DNA of 64,000 nt, from positions 892 to 64,891 of the forward strand of contig LCBT01000003.1 in NCBI GenBank assembly GCA_000997385.1, in the 5' to 3' direction. This DNA comes from Candidatus Daviesbacteria bacterium GW2011_GWA1_41_61. GTDB taxonomy: Bacteria; Patescibacteriota; Microgenomatia; Daviesbacterales; UBA10151. Positions 37,807-47,391 of this stretch are shown one piece after another. The translations under genes were made by a program, and so were the position numbers. Position 1 is the stretch's first letter. Each line of letters starts with the position of its first letter. The notes below the pieces were generated by a model, which saw nothing but the letters and a program-made list of their open reading frames with translations, was not told where the DNA came from and searched no databases.

Positions 37807-38808
37807 ATGGCTAAGCAAAAACATCCTGAGTATCAATATTTGGATTTATTAAAAGATATCCTTAAGAATGGTGTAGAAAATATTGACGAGGGTACGGATG
37901 CTAAATCTTACGGGGTTTTTGGGCGGCAGATCCGTTTTAATTTGGCCGATGGTTTTCCCCTCTTAACCACCAAAAAAGTTTACTGGAAAGGGGTGTTGCA
38001 GGAACTTTACTGGTTTATCTCAGGACAGTCTAATATCAGGTATCTAACAGAAAACGGGGTCCATATTTGGGACGATTATCCCTATAAAATTTATAACGAG
38101 AAAGTGGCCAAAGGAGAAATTCCAGCTCTAAGCAAAGAAGAGTTTGTGCAAAAAATTGCTGAAGATGAGGCCTTTGCTGATAAGTTTGGACATTTATATC
38201 ATGTCTACGGAGATTTTTGGCGTCACTGGCCAACCAGAAATCCAGATAAAACCATTGATCAGCTAAGGTGGCTTATAAATGAAATTAAAGCTGATCCTTA
38301 TGCTCGCAATGCGGTAGTGAGTGTGTGGAATCCGGAATATATGTACAACATGGCTCCTAACCCTGAGGAGGCAGTAAGGTTCCCACTCTGCCATATTCTT
38401 TACCAGGTGAGTGTAAAGGGTGGAAAACTTAATCTCCAGCTCTATCAAAGAACTGCTGACATGTTCTTGGGAGTTCCTTTTAATATTGCCAGTTATGCTC
38501 TACTGACTATTCTTTTAGCTCAGCTTTTGGGATATAAACCAGGGGAGTTTATACATACCTTTGGGGATGCTCATATTTATGACAACCATTTTGATCAGGT
38601 TAAAGAACAAATTAAGAGAAAGCCTAAACCTTTCCCTACAATTACTATTGATTCTTCGGTCAAAGATATTGATGATTTTAAACCAGAGTTGGTGACTTTG
38701 GAAAACTATGATCCTCACCCGAGCTTAAAGGGAGAACTTTCTGTGGTGGGAGGATATATTGCTGGCAAAAAGAAAAGGCCTCCTCTAAATGCACAACTCC
38801 AAGCTTAG
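37807..38808 (+). CDS. thyA: Thymidylate synthase
   Basis: FPLLTTKK, PLCH, YQRTADMFLGVPFNIASY, GDAHIYDNH. Confidence 0.97.
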   Translation: MAKQKHPEYQYLDLLKDILKNGVENIDEGTDAKSYGVFGRQIRFNLADGFPLLTTKKVYWKGVLQELYWFISGQSNIRYLTENGVHIWDDYPYKIYNEKVAKGEIPALSKEEFVQKIAEDEAFADKFGHLYHVYGDFWRHWPTRNPDKTIDQLRWLINEIKADPYARNAVVSVWNPEYMYNMAPNPEEAVRFPLCHILYQVSVKGGKLNLQLYQRTADMFLGVPFNIASYALLTILLAQLLGYKPGEFIHTFGDAHIYDNHFDQVKEQIKRKPKPFPTITIDSSVKDIDDFKPELVTLENYDPHPSLKGELSVVGGYIAGKKKRPPLNAQLQA

Positions 38809-39280
38809 TATTATTGTGGCCATGGGTAATAATCGGGCCATAGGAGGTAAAAATGGTCTGCTTTGGCATATTCCAGCTGAGCTTAAAAGGTTTAAGGAGA
38901 TCACCATGGGTCATCCAATAATTATGGGCAGAAAAACCCATCAGGGTATTGGCAGGCCTTTACCCGGAAGAACCAATATTGTTATTACCAAAGATCTGGA
39001 GTTTAAAGCTGAAGGAGTATTAGTTACTCATTCTTTGGAAGAAGCCCTTCAACAAGCTCATGGTAAATCAGGAGATAGTGAGGTGTTTATCATTGGCGGA
39101 GGACAGATTTACCAGCAGGCTTTACCTTTGGCAGACAAACTATATCTAACTTCAGTAGAAGGTGATTTTCCGGGGGCTGATACCTTCTTCCCGGATTATT
39201 CTCAGTTTACTAAAGTGATTTCTGAAAATATCGGAGAAGACGCCGGCTTTAAGTTTAAATTCCTAGAGCTGGAAAGATAA
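38789..39280 (+). CDS. folA: Dihydrofolate reductase
   Basis: IIMGRKT, RPLPGRTN, IIGGGQIY, DTFFP. Confidence 0.96.
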   Translation: MHNSKLSIIVAMGNNRAIGGKNGLLWHIPAELKRFKEITMGHPIIMGRKTHQGIGRPLPGRTNIVITKDLEFKAEGVLVTHSLEEALQQAHGKSGDSEVFIIGGGQIYQQALPLADKLYLTSVEGDFPGADTFFPDYSQFTKVISENIGEDAGFKFKFLELER

Positions 39281-39281
39281 T

Positions 39282-39312
39282 TAGCCTTGCAAGACCAGGT
39301 CTTTTGTGGCTG
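39282..39312. repeat. 31-bp palindromic REP-like element (copy 4)
   Basis: TAGCCTTGCAAGACCAGGTCTTTTGTGGCTG, directly after folA. Confidence 0.75.
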
Positions 39313-39360
39313 TGAATTTGATAACTTGATATTTTAAGGGTTTTTGTCTAAATTAACTGC

Positions 39361-39930
39361 ATGGCTGTTTTGGGGCTTGATGAAGTTTTAAGAAGAGTAA
39401 AAGAAGAAGGTCTGCTGGAAAACCTGGGAGACCGGGAGTTAAATAACCCTGAAGGGGTAGGTCTTGATCTTCGTTTGGGTAAAGTCTTTAAAATAGTAGA
39501 AGGTGGGGCTTTTATTGAGTGTGATGGGGAGGTAGGGTTAGGTTTAAGAAAAGGGGTTAAAACAGAGGTTCTAGCTGAATACAAAGAAGGTTCCAAGACT
39601 CAAGAAGAAGTAATTATTAATCCAGGAGATTATTATTTAGTTCAGACTTTAGAAACAGTTAATACTCCCGAAGATGTTATGCCTATGATTTATCCCAGAA
39701 GCAGCTTATTTAGAGCTGGTCTACTTCTATTAAATTCCAAAACAGATCCAGGCTATAAAGGCTCTTTAACCATGGGACTAAAAAACCTAAGTGAGTTTGA
39801 TGTTAAGTTACAGATGGGAGCCAGGATTTGTAATATGGTCTTTTATAAAATAGAAGGAAAAACAGTTAACTACAGAGGCCAGCACCAAGGTGGTAGGGTC
39901 TCTCCCCATGAAGCCGAAAGACAGGTTTAA
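39361..39930 (+). CDS. dCTP deaminase/dUTPase-fold protein, probably a dUTPase
   Basis: LDLRLG, PRSSLFRAG, DPGYKG; the deaminase Glu position reads LTMG; YRGQHQ tail. Confidence 0.75.
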   Translation: MAVLGLDEVLRRVKEEGLLENLGDRELNNPEGVGLDLRLGKVFKIVEGGAFIECDGEVGLGLRKGVKTEVLAEYKEGSKTQEEVIINPGDYYLVQTLETVNTPEDVMPMIYPRSSLFRAGLLLLNSKTDPGYKGSLTMGLKNLSEFDVKLQMGARICNMVFYKIEGKTVNYRGQHQGGRVSPHEAERQV

Positions 39931-40649
39931 GATTGAGGTGTTGAGAACTGGCCGTAGACAGTTGACATGTAAAATCTCATTAGCGCCTCAGTGAGAACTC
40001 TTTTTTCCTGCTGAACTGATTTAATAGAATCGCTTCCGTGGACCAAACTGTTTGGCATAATATCCAGTAAGCCATGTTTTCCTCTAATAGAATTGGGATC
40101 AGCTTGCTCCGGATTTGTTTTGCCCATAGTTGTTCTCCAATAAGTCACAGCATCTTCTCCGTCTATGAATAAAACAGTGAGGGGACCGGAAGTGGTAAAG
40201 CGAGTGATGGCTTCGAACAGAGGAAGTTTGCCGAAGTCGTTATAGCGAGTTCTTTGCGCTATAAATTTCTCTCTGTATTCTTCCCTAAGAGACGCATAAA
40301 AAAGCTCTGCTTCACTTCTGCTAAGAGCAAAAGGCAGATGAAAAGCTAGTCTTTCTCGACCGACCAAACCTAAAAGAACTTCAGCTGCTTGCTCGTCATC
40401 TGGGGGTAAGTTTCTACCTTCGTGGGCATTAGGTTTGATGAGTCCGATGGTCAATCTGCCTGCCGTAATCATTTGAGTTACTTTCTCAGAGTGAAGGGTG
40501 GCAATAATACGAGTGATTTGTTTACTATCTGGGACGCTGATGGGAGACACACCACACCTACACTGTTCTATTGTTCTCCAAGCTTTCTGCCGGCTAGAGT
40601 AGCAATTAGGGATTTGAAGGCTACGCAGTTCTGAATCTTCGACTGACAT
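39927..40649 (-). CDS. ndk: Nucleoside diphosphate kinase-like protein
   Basis: LIKPNA, TSGP, MGKTNP, SIRG, VHGSDS. Confidence 0.85.
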   Translation of the reverse strand: MSVEDSELRSLQIPNCYSSRQKAWRTIEQCRCGVSPISVPDSKQITRIIATLHSEKVTQMITAGRLTIGLIKPNAHEGRNLPPDDEQAAEVLLGLVGRERLAFHLPFALSRSEAELFYASLREEYREKFIAQRTRYNDFGKLPLFEAITRFTTSGPLTVLFIDGEDAVTYWRTTMGKTNPEQADPNSIRGKHGLLDIMPNSLVHGSDSIKSVQQEKRVLTEALMRFYMSTVYGQFSTPQS

Positions 40650-40790
40650 TTGGTCAATTATATCTTTTCAAGTCTGGTAGTCAATAGTGTTGTTAGTTTT
40701 ATATCTTGTAGTTAAATTTTAGGGGCTTGACGAAGTCCGAACACTTTTGCTACAAATATATGATTTAGTGATTTTGTTACCCTTATACAT

Positions 40791-41021
40791 ATGGAAAGAG
40801 GAAAAGAAAATAAAGAGAACGAAGGGAAACAAGCTGTTCGGGAGAAGCATTACTCTGAAAAAGGAGGCCATTTTCTTCGAGGTCGGTATTGGAAAGCTTG
40901 GGGATTATTAGGTGATTCTTCAGGACTGGAGGCTCGATCAACGGTATCCGTGCCAATGGAAATTAACTGGCAAAGAAGAAGGTTTATGCCCCGTTACTCT
41001 ATTCAGGATGGTAGGCGTTGA
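40791..41021 (+). CDS. Small hypothetical protein
   Basis: 76-aa ORF with an upstream TTGACG box. Confidence 0.35.
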   Translation: MERGKENKENEGKQAVREKHYSEKGGHFLRGRYWKAWGLLGDSSGLEARSTVSVPMEINWQRRRFMPRYSIQDGRR

Positions 41022-41114
41022 TTTCTCTCAGATAGTTTGTTAAAATCTATTTATCAAACATCTATTGTTTAAGTTTTCCTGGAGCCCCAGACAGTAGAGA
41101 AGTTGAAGGAAAAC

Positions 41115-41975
41115 ATGAATTATTCACTTCCTTCCATGCAACAACTGTTGGAAGCTGGTGTCCATTTTGGACACCAAGTCCGCCGTGGCCATCCCAGAAT
41201 GAGGGAGTATATCTTTGGAGTGAGGGATGGTGTCCACATTATTAATCTTGAGCACTCAGACAAACTTTTAAAAGAGGCAGCGGAGTATGTTAATAAATTG
41301 GGGCAAGAAGGCAAGATAATCCTTTTTGTCGGAACTAAAAAACAGGCCCAACCAATAGTTGCCGAGTTAGCTAAAAAAGTGGGAACGCCTTTCGTCAACT
41401 ACCGCTGGATCGGCGGTACTTTAACCAACTTTGAAGAAATTAGAAAAAATATTAAGAAGCTTCAAGAGCTCAAAGAGAAAAAGGAAAAGGGAGAGCTTTC
41501 CCGCACTAAAAAAGAGCAGCTGTTAATCTCTAGAAAGCTGGAGAAGTTTGATTTAGAGTGGGGCGGTGTGGCCCGGATGGATCAACTGCCTGATGCCCTG
41601 TTTATCATTGATTGCGTTACGGAAAAAACAGCGGTGGCAGAAGCTAACCGGATGAAAATTCCTCTGGTGGCTATCACTGATACTAACTGTAATCCAGCTT
41701 TAGTGGAGTATCCAGTTCCTGGTAATGATGATGCCACGAAATCTATCAAGATTATCAGTGAAGCGATAGCTTCAGCTTATGAGGAAGGGTTGAAAGAAAA
41801 TCAAAAATCAAAGGTCAAAGATCAAAAAGAGGAAAAAAGAGAGGTGGAAGATGTTAAAAAAGGGCCATCAGTAAAAACTGCTGGAGAAGTAGAAGAGGGT
41901 GTGAGCCCGGAGATTGCTGATTTAGAAAAAAAGGTGGAAAAAGAGGTGGTGGAAGAGTCTAAGGGAGTAGTTTAA
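41115..41975 (+). CDS. rpsB: 30S ribosomal protein uS2
   Basis: LLEAGVHFGH, LFVGTK, RWIGGTLTN, DTNCNP, PGNDD. Confidence 0.97.
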   Translation: MNYSLPSMQQLLEAGVHFGHQVRRGHPRMREYIFGVRDGVHIINLEHSDKLLKEAAEYVNKLGQEGKIILFVGTKKQAQPIVAELAKKVGTPFVNYRWIGGTLTNFEEIRKNIKKLQELKEKKEKGELSRTKKEQLLISRKLEKFDLEWGGVARMDQLPDALFIIDCVTEKTAVAEANRMKIPLVAITDTNCNPALVEYPVPGNDDATKSIKIISEAIASAYEEGLKENQKSKVKDQKEEKREVEDVKKGPSVKTAGEVEEGVSPEIADLEKKVEKEVVEESKGVV

Positions 41976-42424
41976 TGGATATTGAAAAGATTAAAAAATT
42001 AAGAGAAGAAACTGGAGCAGGAATTGCCGACTGTAGGGAGGCCCTAATTTTATCGAAGGGCGATATCAAAAAGGCTAAAGCCTGGTTAAAACAAAGAGGC
42101 TTGGATAAGGCAGCGAAAAAAGTTGAGAGGGTAGTTAAAAACGGTTTGGTGGAAGTTTACTCTCATGGAGGAAAAGTAGGAGTGGTGGTAGAAGTACTTT
42201 GTGAAACAGACTTTGTAGCTAAAACTGAAGATTTCAAAAATTTAGCCCACGAGTTGGCTTTACAGATTGCTTCCATGAACCCACAAAGTTCTGAAGAATT
42301 ATTAAGACAGGAATACATTAGAGATGGTTCCCAAACTATAGAACAACTTATTAAATCTATGATAGGTAAATTGGGTGAAAATATCCAGGTTGGAAAGTTT
42401 GCTAGAATAGCATTAAGGGAGTAA
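41975..42424 (+). CDS. tsf: Elongation factor Ts (short form)
   Basis: KKLREETGAG, CETDFVAK, GENIQV. Confidence 0.95.
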   Translation: MDIEKIKKLREETGAGIADCREALILSKGDIKKAKAWLKQRGLDKAAKKVERVVKNGLVEVYSHGGKVGVVVEVLCETDFVAKTEDFKNLAHELALQIASMNPQSSEELLRQEYIRDGSQTIEQLIKSMIGKLGENIQVGKFARIALRE

Positions 42425-42978
42425 TGGATCCAGTTTTAACAGAAGCTAACCAAAGAATCCAGGCAGCTTTAGATCACCTCAAACGGGAGTTGGCTGCTAT
42501 TAGGGCTGGGAGAGCTAACCCTTCTTTAATTGAAGAAATTCCGGTCAACTCTTATGGTTCTAGAATGAAGCTCCAGGAAGTAGGGACTATCTCTGCTCCT
42601 CAACCAAACTTACTAACTATTCAAGTTTGGGATGTCGGTGTCGTGCAGGATGTCATTAAAGCTATTCAAGAGGCTAATTTAGGACTTAATCCTTCTTCTG
42701 AAGGACAGATAGTAAGGATCCCCATTCCTTCTTTAACAGCCGAGAGGAGAGAAGAATTTATCAAGCTTGCCCACCAAAAGATGGAACAAGCCAGAATTGA
42801 GATCAGACAGATCAGGCAGGATATTAGAGAAGATTGGCAAAAACAACAAGAGAGTGGAGAATTTGGGGAAGATGAATTTAGAAGGAGGGAAAAAATTTTG
42901 CAGGATGTAGTGGAGAAATCAATAGATCAGATTGAACAGATGGGGAAGGCTAAGGAAGAGGAGCTGTCACAAGTATAG
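42424..42978 (+). CDS. frr: Ribosome recycling factor
   Basis: IRAGRANP, LGLNP, LTAERR. Confidence 0.95.
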   Translation: MDPVLTEANQRIQAALDHLKRELAAIRAGRANPSLIEEIPVNSYGSRMKLQEVGTISAPQPNLLTIQVWDVGVVQDVIKAIQEANLGLNPSSEGQIVRIPIPSLTAERREEFIKLAHQKMEQARIEIRQIRQDIREDWQKQQESGEFGEDEFRRREKILQDVVEKSIDQIEQMGKAKEEELSQV

Positions 42979-42988
42979 AGTCTTCATT

Positions 42989-44119
42989 ATGTTACTGACC
43001 ATTGCCGTTTTTGCCATCGCGCTGTTAATCCTGGTTTTGTCCCATGAGTTTGGGCATTTCATTATGGCCAAAAAGTTTGGGGTCAAAGTTTTAGAGTTTG
43101 GTTTTGGCATACCACCCAGGATTTGGGGTAAAAAGTGGGGTGGTACCTTAGTTTCTTTAAATTTTCTTCCTGTAGGAGGGTTTGTCAGACTTTTGGGAGA
43201 AGATGAGGCTGATAAGAAAGTCTTACAAGATAAGGGCTCTTTTGCGGTAAAGCCAGTCTGGCAAAGAATAATTATGGTAGCTGCCGGGGTAGCGATGAAC
43301 CTTCTTTTAGCCGTAGTTTTGTTTTATATAGTCTTAGCAGCTCAAGGTTTTAAAGCCCGTCTTCCGCTGCTTATCCCCTTTAATTTTGCCGGAGTTACTC
43401 AAGTTGAGGAGTCCGCTGTTTTAATTGCCAGCGTTAATCCTAACTCTCCGGCTCAAGCTGCCGGAATAAAAGCCGGTGATCAGGTGACAGCAGTTGATGG
43501 GGCAACTATCTCTGAGTCCCAGCAGTTGTCAGATATTACCAAACAGCACTTAGGAGAGAAAATAACTTTGGTATTAAGTAATGAACAAGGGGAGAAAAAA
43601 ACGGTGGAAGTTATGCCACGCCAAAATCCTCCCGAAGGAGAAGGGCCTTTAGGAATAGGTATGAGTACAGTTAAAGTAGCCAATCTGTCTTTTGAAACTC
43701 CTTCTCAAAAATTGGCCTCAGGGGTAGTTCACAGTTATAATTTAACTACCTATTCTGTAGCAGTTTTGGGAGAGATTATCTCTTCAGCCATCAAAGCCAA
43801 AGATTTAGAGCCTGTTTCTGGGACAGTAGTGGGGCCATTTGGGCTGGCTAATTTAACCAGGGAGATTTTAAAGATGGACAATCCTTTGATTCCATACTTA
43901 AGCTTTGTAGCTTTGTTGTCTTTAAACTTAGCTATTATTAATATTTTGCCTATCCCAGCTTTAGACGGCGGGAGAATCTTCTTTTTAGTAATTGAAGGGA
44001 TAGTGGGAAAAAGAGTCAAGCCAAATGTAGAGAGGCTGATCCATGCCGCCGGAATGGTGGCTTTATTGGCCTTAATAATATTGGTAACCTTCTCTGATAT
44101 CAAAAAGATCTTTTTTTAG
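42989..44119 (+). CDS. rseP: Site-2 zinc metalloprotease RseP with PDZ domain
   Basis: HEFGH, GGFVRL, PDZ, NILPIPALDGG. Confidence 0.93.
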   Translation: MLLTIAVFAIALLILVLSHEFGHFIMAKKFGVKVLEFGFGIPPRIWGKKWGGTLVSLNFLPVGGFVRLLGEDEADKKVLQDKGSFAVKPVWQRIIMVAAGVAMNLLLAVVLFYIVLAAQGFKARLPLLIPFNFAGVTQVEESAVLIASVNPNSPAQAAGIKAGDQVTAVDGATISESQQLSDITKQHLGEKITLVLSNEQGEKKTVEVMPRQNPPEGEGPLGIGMSTVKVANLSFETPSQKLASGVVHSYNLTTYSVAVLGEIISSAIKAKDLEPVSGTVVGPFGLANLTREILKMDNPLIPYLSFVALLSLNLAIINILPIPALDGGRIFFLVIEGIVGKRVKPNVERLIHAAGMVALLALIILVTFSDIKKIFF

Positions 44120-44164
44120 TTGGAGGACTTGACAGGGTCCAAGCTTTCGTTTTACACTAAAAGG

Positions 44165-44818
44165 GTGACTAACGGTAAGATTACTTCCATCTTCTTTCTT
44201 GGTGTAACTATATTCCTTTTTTCAGCAGTTATGGTTTTAGCTGCTAAACCCGTTTTAGTCAGGGGCCAGGATGTTTCAGACAGCCCCAGGGCAACTTCCC
44301 CGGGTAAGTTAAACCGGGCAACTGATGCTGCTCAGAATGCCCAAGGTAAACTACGTTCCTGTCAAGCGCGGGAAGCTGCGGTCAAAAACCGTTCGGAACA
44401 GATTGTCAAATTCTCTGATAATATGCTTACCAAGTTTGCTTCTATCTCCGCCAGGGTTCAAAATTTCTATACTGAAAAAGTTCAACCATCTGGTAAAACG
44501 GTTGCTAACTACAATACTCTACTAGCTGATATTGAGACTAAGAAAGCTTCTGCCTCAGCAGCAGTAGTCCAAGCTTCTGCTACAGCTTTAGCCTTTAGCT
44601 GTGAGGAGGCTCCCAAGGAGCAACTGAGAACTTTTCATCAGGATATGAAGAGGGTAATAGCTGCTTTGAAAGAATATAGGAGGTCAATTAGAAATCTGAT
44701 TGTGGCAGTTCATACGGCCTTAGGAGAAGGTGAAAAGTCAGCCAGCGGGGCAGCTAGAAAATTGATTCCTACTACTACAGTTACTCCCACGGCTACAGGA
44801 AGCGGGGGAACGCCATAA
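44165..44818 (+). CDS. Hypothetical secreted coiled-coil protein
   Basis: Signal peptide-like segment; TTGACA-18 bp-TACACT lies 6 nt before GTG 44165. Confidence 0.65.
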   Translation: MTNGKITSIFFLGVTIFLFSAVMVLAAKPVLVRGQDVSDSPRATSPGKLNRATDAAQNAQGKLRSCQAREAAVKNRSEQIVKFSDNMLTKFASISARVQNFYTEKVQPSGKTVANYNTLLADIETKKASASAAVVQASATALAFSCEEAPKEQLRTFHQDMKRVIAALKEYRRSIRNLIVAVHTALGEGEKSASGAARKLIPTTTVTPTATGSGGTP

Positions 44819-45135
44819 TGGATAAACAAAAGGGAATAGCCGGTATTTTAATAATACTGCTGATACTAATAGCCATTGGAGTGGGGGTTTATTTAGTCCA
44901 GCAGAAGACTAACTTTTTACCAATGGCCTTTTTTTCTAAGCAGGAAGCACCTGTTAGGTCAATATCTACCCCAAAACTTGACAAGAGGGTAGTTAAGGTA
45001 ACCCCGGTGCCTACAATTGAGGTTATAAATAATAAAGAAGATTTAACTAGGACCTTGAAAGAAATAGATGAGCTAAGCACTGATGTCATAGATAGCCAGC
45101 TTTCCTCTTCAGACCTTAGCACCGCTGGCATTTAA
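44818..45135 (+). CDS. Small protein with a pilin-like (class III) signal peptide
   Basis: KQKG followed by a hydrophobic helix. Confidence 0.6.
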   Translation: MDKQKGIAGILIILLILIAIGVGVYLVQQKTNFLPMAFFSKQEAPVRSISTPKLDKRVVKVTPVPTIEVINNKEDLTRTLKEIDELSTDVIDSQLSSSDLSTAGI

Positions 45136-45188
45136 GAGCATTAAAATATTACTTTTCATTTTCCCCTTAAGCTATTACAATACAGAAG

Positions 45189-46463
45189 ATGAGATACTCT
45201 CAAACTTTTCCTAAAACTATAAAACAAGTTCCTGCTGGTGCTGACTCAATAAATCATCAGCTTCTAGTAAGGGGTGGTTATATGGACCAATTAATGGCTG
45301 GTTCCTGGACTCTGTTACCCTTGGGCTGGCGGGTAGTTTCTAAGATAAATGACATTATCCGAGAGGAGCTAAACGTCACCGGAGCTTTGGAGATGCTGAT
45401 GCCTCTTCTTCATCCTCGTGATATTTGGGATCAAACAGGGCGATGGTCTGATCCGGACGTTAAAGAGATTATGTACCAATTTAAAGATATTCGGGGAAAA
45501 GAGTTGGGTTTATCCTTCACTCATGAAGAGATTGTTATGAATTTACTTGGTAAATATATTCATTCTTATAAAGATTTACCAGTAAAGATTTATCATTTTT
45601 CCACCAAATTTAGAAATGAGCCGCGAGCTAAATCGGGAATTTTGCGAGGCAGAGAGTTTTTAATGAAAGATCTTTACAGCGCGCATGTTTCAAAAGAGGA
45701 TCTGCAGCAGTATTTTCAGCAGGTAAAAGAAGCTTATTTGAGAATTTTTAAAAAAATGGAGTTAGAAGCAAGAGTGGTAGATGCTTCAGGTGGGATATTT
45801 ACTGACAGCTTTACCCAGGAGTTTCAAGTAGTTTCTCCGGTTGGTGAAGACAATATATTAATTTGTGAAAGCTGTGATTTTGCAGCCAATATTGAGGTAT
45901 CCCAAGTCAAGGAGGGAGAAAAATGCCCAAGATGTAAAGGTGAGATAAAAATGGTGAATTCCATAGAAGCTGGACATATTTTTACTTTAGGAACTAAGTA
46001 TGCAAAAAACATGGGAGTGTTTTTCTTGGATGAACAAAATAAAAAGCAGGACCTTTGGTTTGGAAGCTATGGCATTGGGGTGAGTAGACTGGTGGGAGTG
46101 TTAGTGGAAATTTTCCATGATGATAAAGGGATTATTTGGCCGGAGAGCGTAGCTCCATATATAATTCATCTAGTTGGTTTGGGGCTAGAAGAACAGGGGG
46201 TCAAAAATAAAGCAGAAGAGGTTTATCAAAAACTGCAAGATAAAGGGGTGGAAGTTTTATATGATGATAGGATTGGAGTCTCGGCAGGAGAAAAATTTGC
46301 TGATGCTGATTTAATTGGTATTCCTTTAAGGGTAGTAGTTTCCAGGAAAACCCATTCGGCAAGCTCAGGGCAGGCTGAAGATAAGTTAGAAATAAAAAGA
46401 AGAGGGGAAGAAAAAGTAGAACTGGTAACTTTAGAAGAATTATTAAAGGAGATAGAAAAATAG
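45189..46463 (+). CDS. proS: Proline--tRNA ligase (short form, no editing domain)
   Basis: THEE, KFRNEPR, RGREFLMKDLYS, GHIF.LGTKY, YGIGVSR, DADLIGIP. Confidence 0.96.
   Translation: MRYSQTFPKTIKQVPAGADSINHQLLVRGGYMDQLMAGSWTLLPLGWRVVSKINDIIREELNVTGALEMLMPLLHPRDIWDQTGRWSDPDVKEIMYQFKDIRGKELGLSFTHEEIVMNLLGKYIHSYKDLPVKIYHFSTKFRNEPRAKSGILRGREFLMKDLYSAHVSKEDLQQYFQQVKEAYLRIFKKMELEARVVDASGGIFTDSFTQEFQVVSPVGEDNILICESCDFAANIEVSQVKEGEKCPRCKGEIKMVNSIEAGHIFTLGTKYAKNMGVFFLDEQNKKQDLWFGSYGIGVSRLVGVLVEIFHDDKGIIWPESVAPYIIHLVGLGLEEQGVKNKAEEVYQKLQDKGVEVLYDDRIGVSAGEKFADADLIGIPLRVVVSRKTHSASSGQAEDKLEIKRRGEEKVELVTLEELLKEIEK
46353..46375 (+). repeat. In-frame 23-bp dispersed element in proS
   Basis: CATTCGGCAAGCTCAGGGCAGGC. 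Confidence 0.75.
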
Positions 46464-46544
46464 ATCTGAACCAAATTGATTAGTTAAAAAGTGATTGATC
46501 TTTAAAATTTGTAAATTGTATTATCCTATAATATAATACTGCTT

Positions 46545-47234
46545 ATGAGTTGGGCAGAATATCATCGTTTTGTCAAAAATCCGGTCAGCTTCCAGGACCA
46601 AGAGTTTTATTACCGCCGGGCAATAAGTCATCTTCAAACTTTACTTCCAGGGCTTCTGCCTCAAGGTTGTCCCTCAACTTTTGTTTTAGGAGGCTTTCAT
46701 TCTTTTAAAACAGCAACAGCTTTTAAAAACTTTTGTGCCTCTATTCATCCTAATTCAGAGGATAAACATGTTTTCTTAGATATGAACGAGGCTCCCTTAG
46801 CTTTGCTGGATCCTCAGACTTACCCATATCGAGTTCAAGCCAAGTTAGAGGAAGATCTGTCTTCAGTCATCCCAGGTATTGATTTATTAGCTTTAGACTT
46901 TACTTTAAATTTTATGGACCAACGGCAAATTCGCAGGTTTTCTTCTCATATTGGGTCATCGTTAAACAGAAATGGTCTTATCTTAGCTAGTATCGAACCG
47001 CCAATATTATTTTCGTTTCTCACTGAAAAAATGCGTCGTCTTCAAAATCACGTCTCCTTTCATTTATACTCAATCAAAAGCCTTCAGCGATTGGTTGAGC
47101 CTCATCTAAAAGTAGCCTTAAGTGCGGATTATCGCCTTTACCCGATGAATTTTTTTTCCTTGGTTGCTTTAGTAAGAAGAGATAGTGATTTAGAAGAAGA
47201 TTTACAGCCACCATTTTTTTATGATAGACATTAA
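46545..47234 (+). CDS. Hypothetical protein, possibly a degenerate methyltransferase fold
   Basis: 229-aa ORF; weak pattern FLDMN...DLLALDFTLNF...LNRNG. Confidence 0.55.
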   Translation: MSWAEYHRFVKNPVSFQDQEFYYRRAISHLQTLLPGLLPQGCPSTFVLGGFHSFKTATAFKNFCASIHPNSEDKHVFLDMNEAPLALLDPQTYPYRVQAKLEEDLSSVIPGIDLLALDFTLNFMDQRQIRRFSSHIGSSLNRNGLILASIEPPILFSFLTEKMRRLQNHVSFHLYSIKSLQRLVEPHLKVALSADYRLYPMNFFSLVALVRRDSDLEEDLQPPFFYDRH

Positions 47235-47336
47235 ACTTTTCTAAAATACTCCTCATAAAACAGATCGGTAAGCGTTACATTGAATCGCTATAGCGATCAG
47301 TTGTAACAAGAAATTCATTATGTTAAGGTGATTATT

Positions 47337-47370
47337 GTATTGCCACAGTATTGCCACATCGGGTGTGGCA
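47337..47370. repeat. Left REP-like palindrome of the RAYT gene
   Basis: TGCCACA-TCGGG-TGTGGCA (47352-47370), overlapping a tandem 11-mer GTATTGCCACA x2. Confidence 0.8.
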
Positions 47371-47391
47371 GGTATTGTTAAGATAAAAGAG

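Noticed and set aside
41975-42978. Short tsf and no pyrH between tsf and frr
   Set aside because: Short EF-Ts forms and loss or relocation of pyrH are expected in reduced genomes; nothing indicates pseudogenisation.
47284-47297. Perfect palindrome ATCGCTATAGCGAT upstream of the RAYT
   Set aside because: It is a single copy with no match to the 31-bp family; it could be an operator or chance.
12088-47391. Upstream TTG/GTG or extended starts in the ORF track (12088, 18202, 18270, 22965, 30977, 31779, 42932, 44120, 47335)
   Set aside because: The extensions overlap neighbouring genes or promoter boxes, and at least two TTG starts are -35 hexamers. Downstream starts fit the protein families better.
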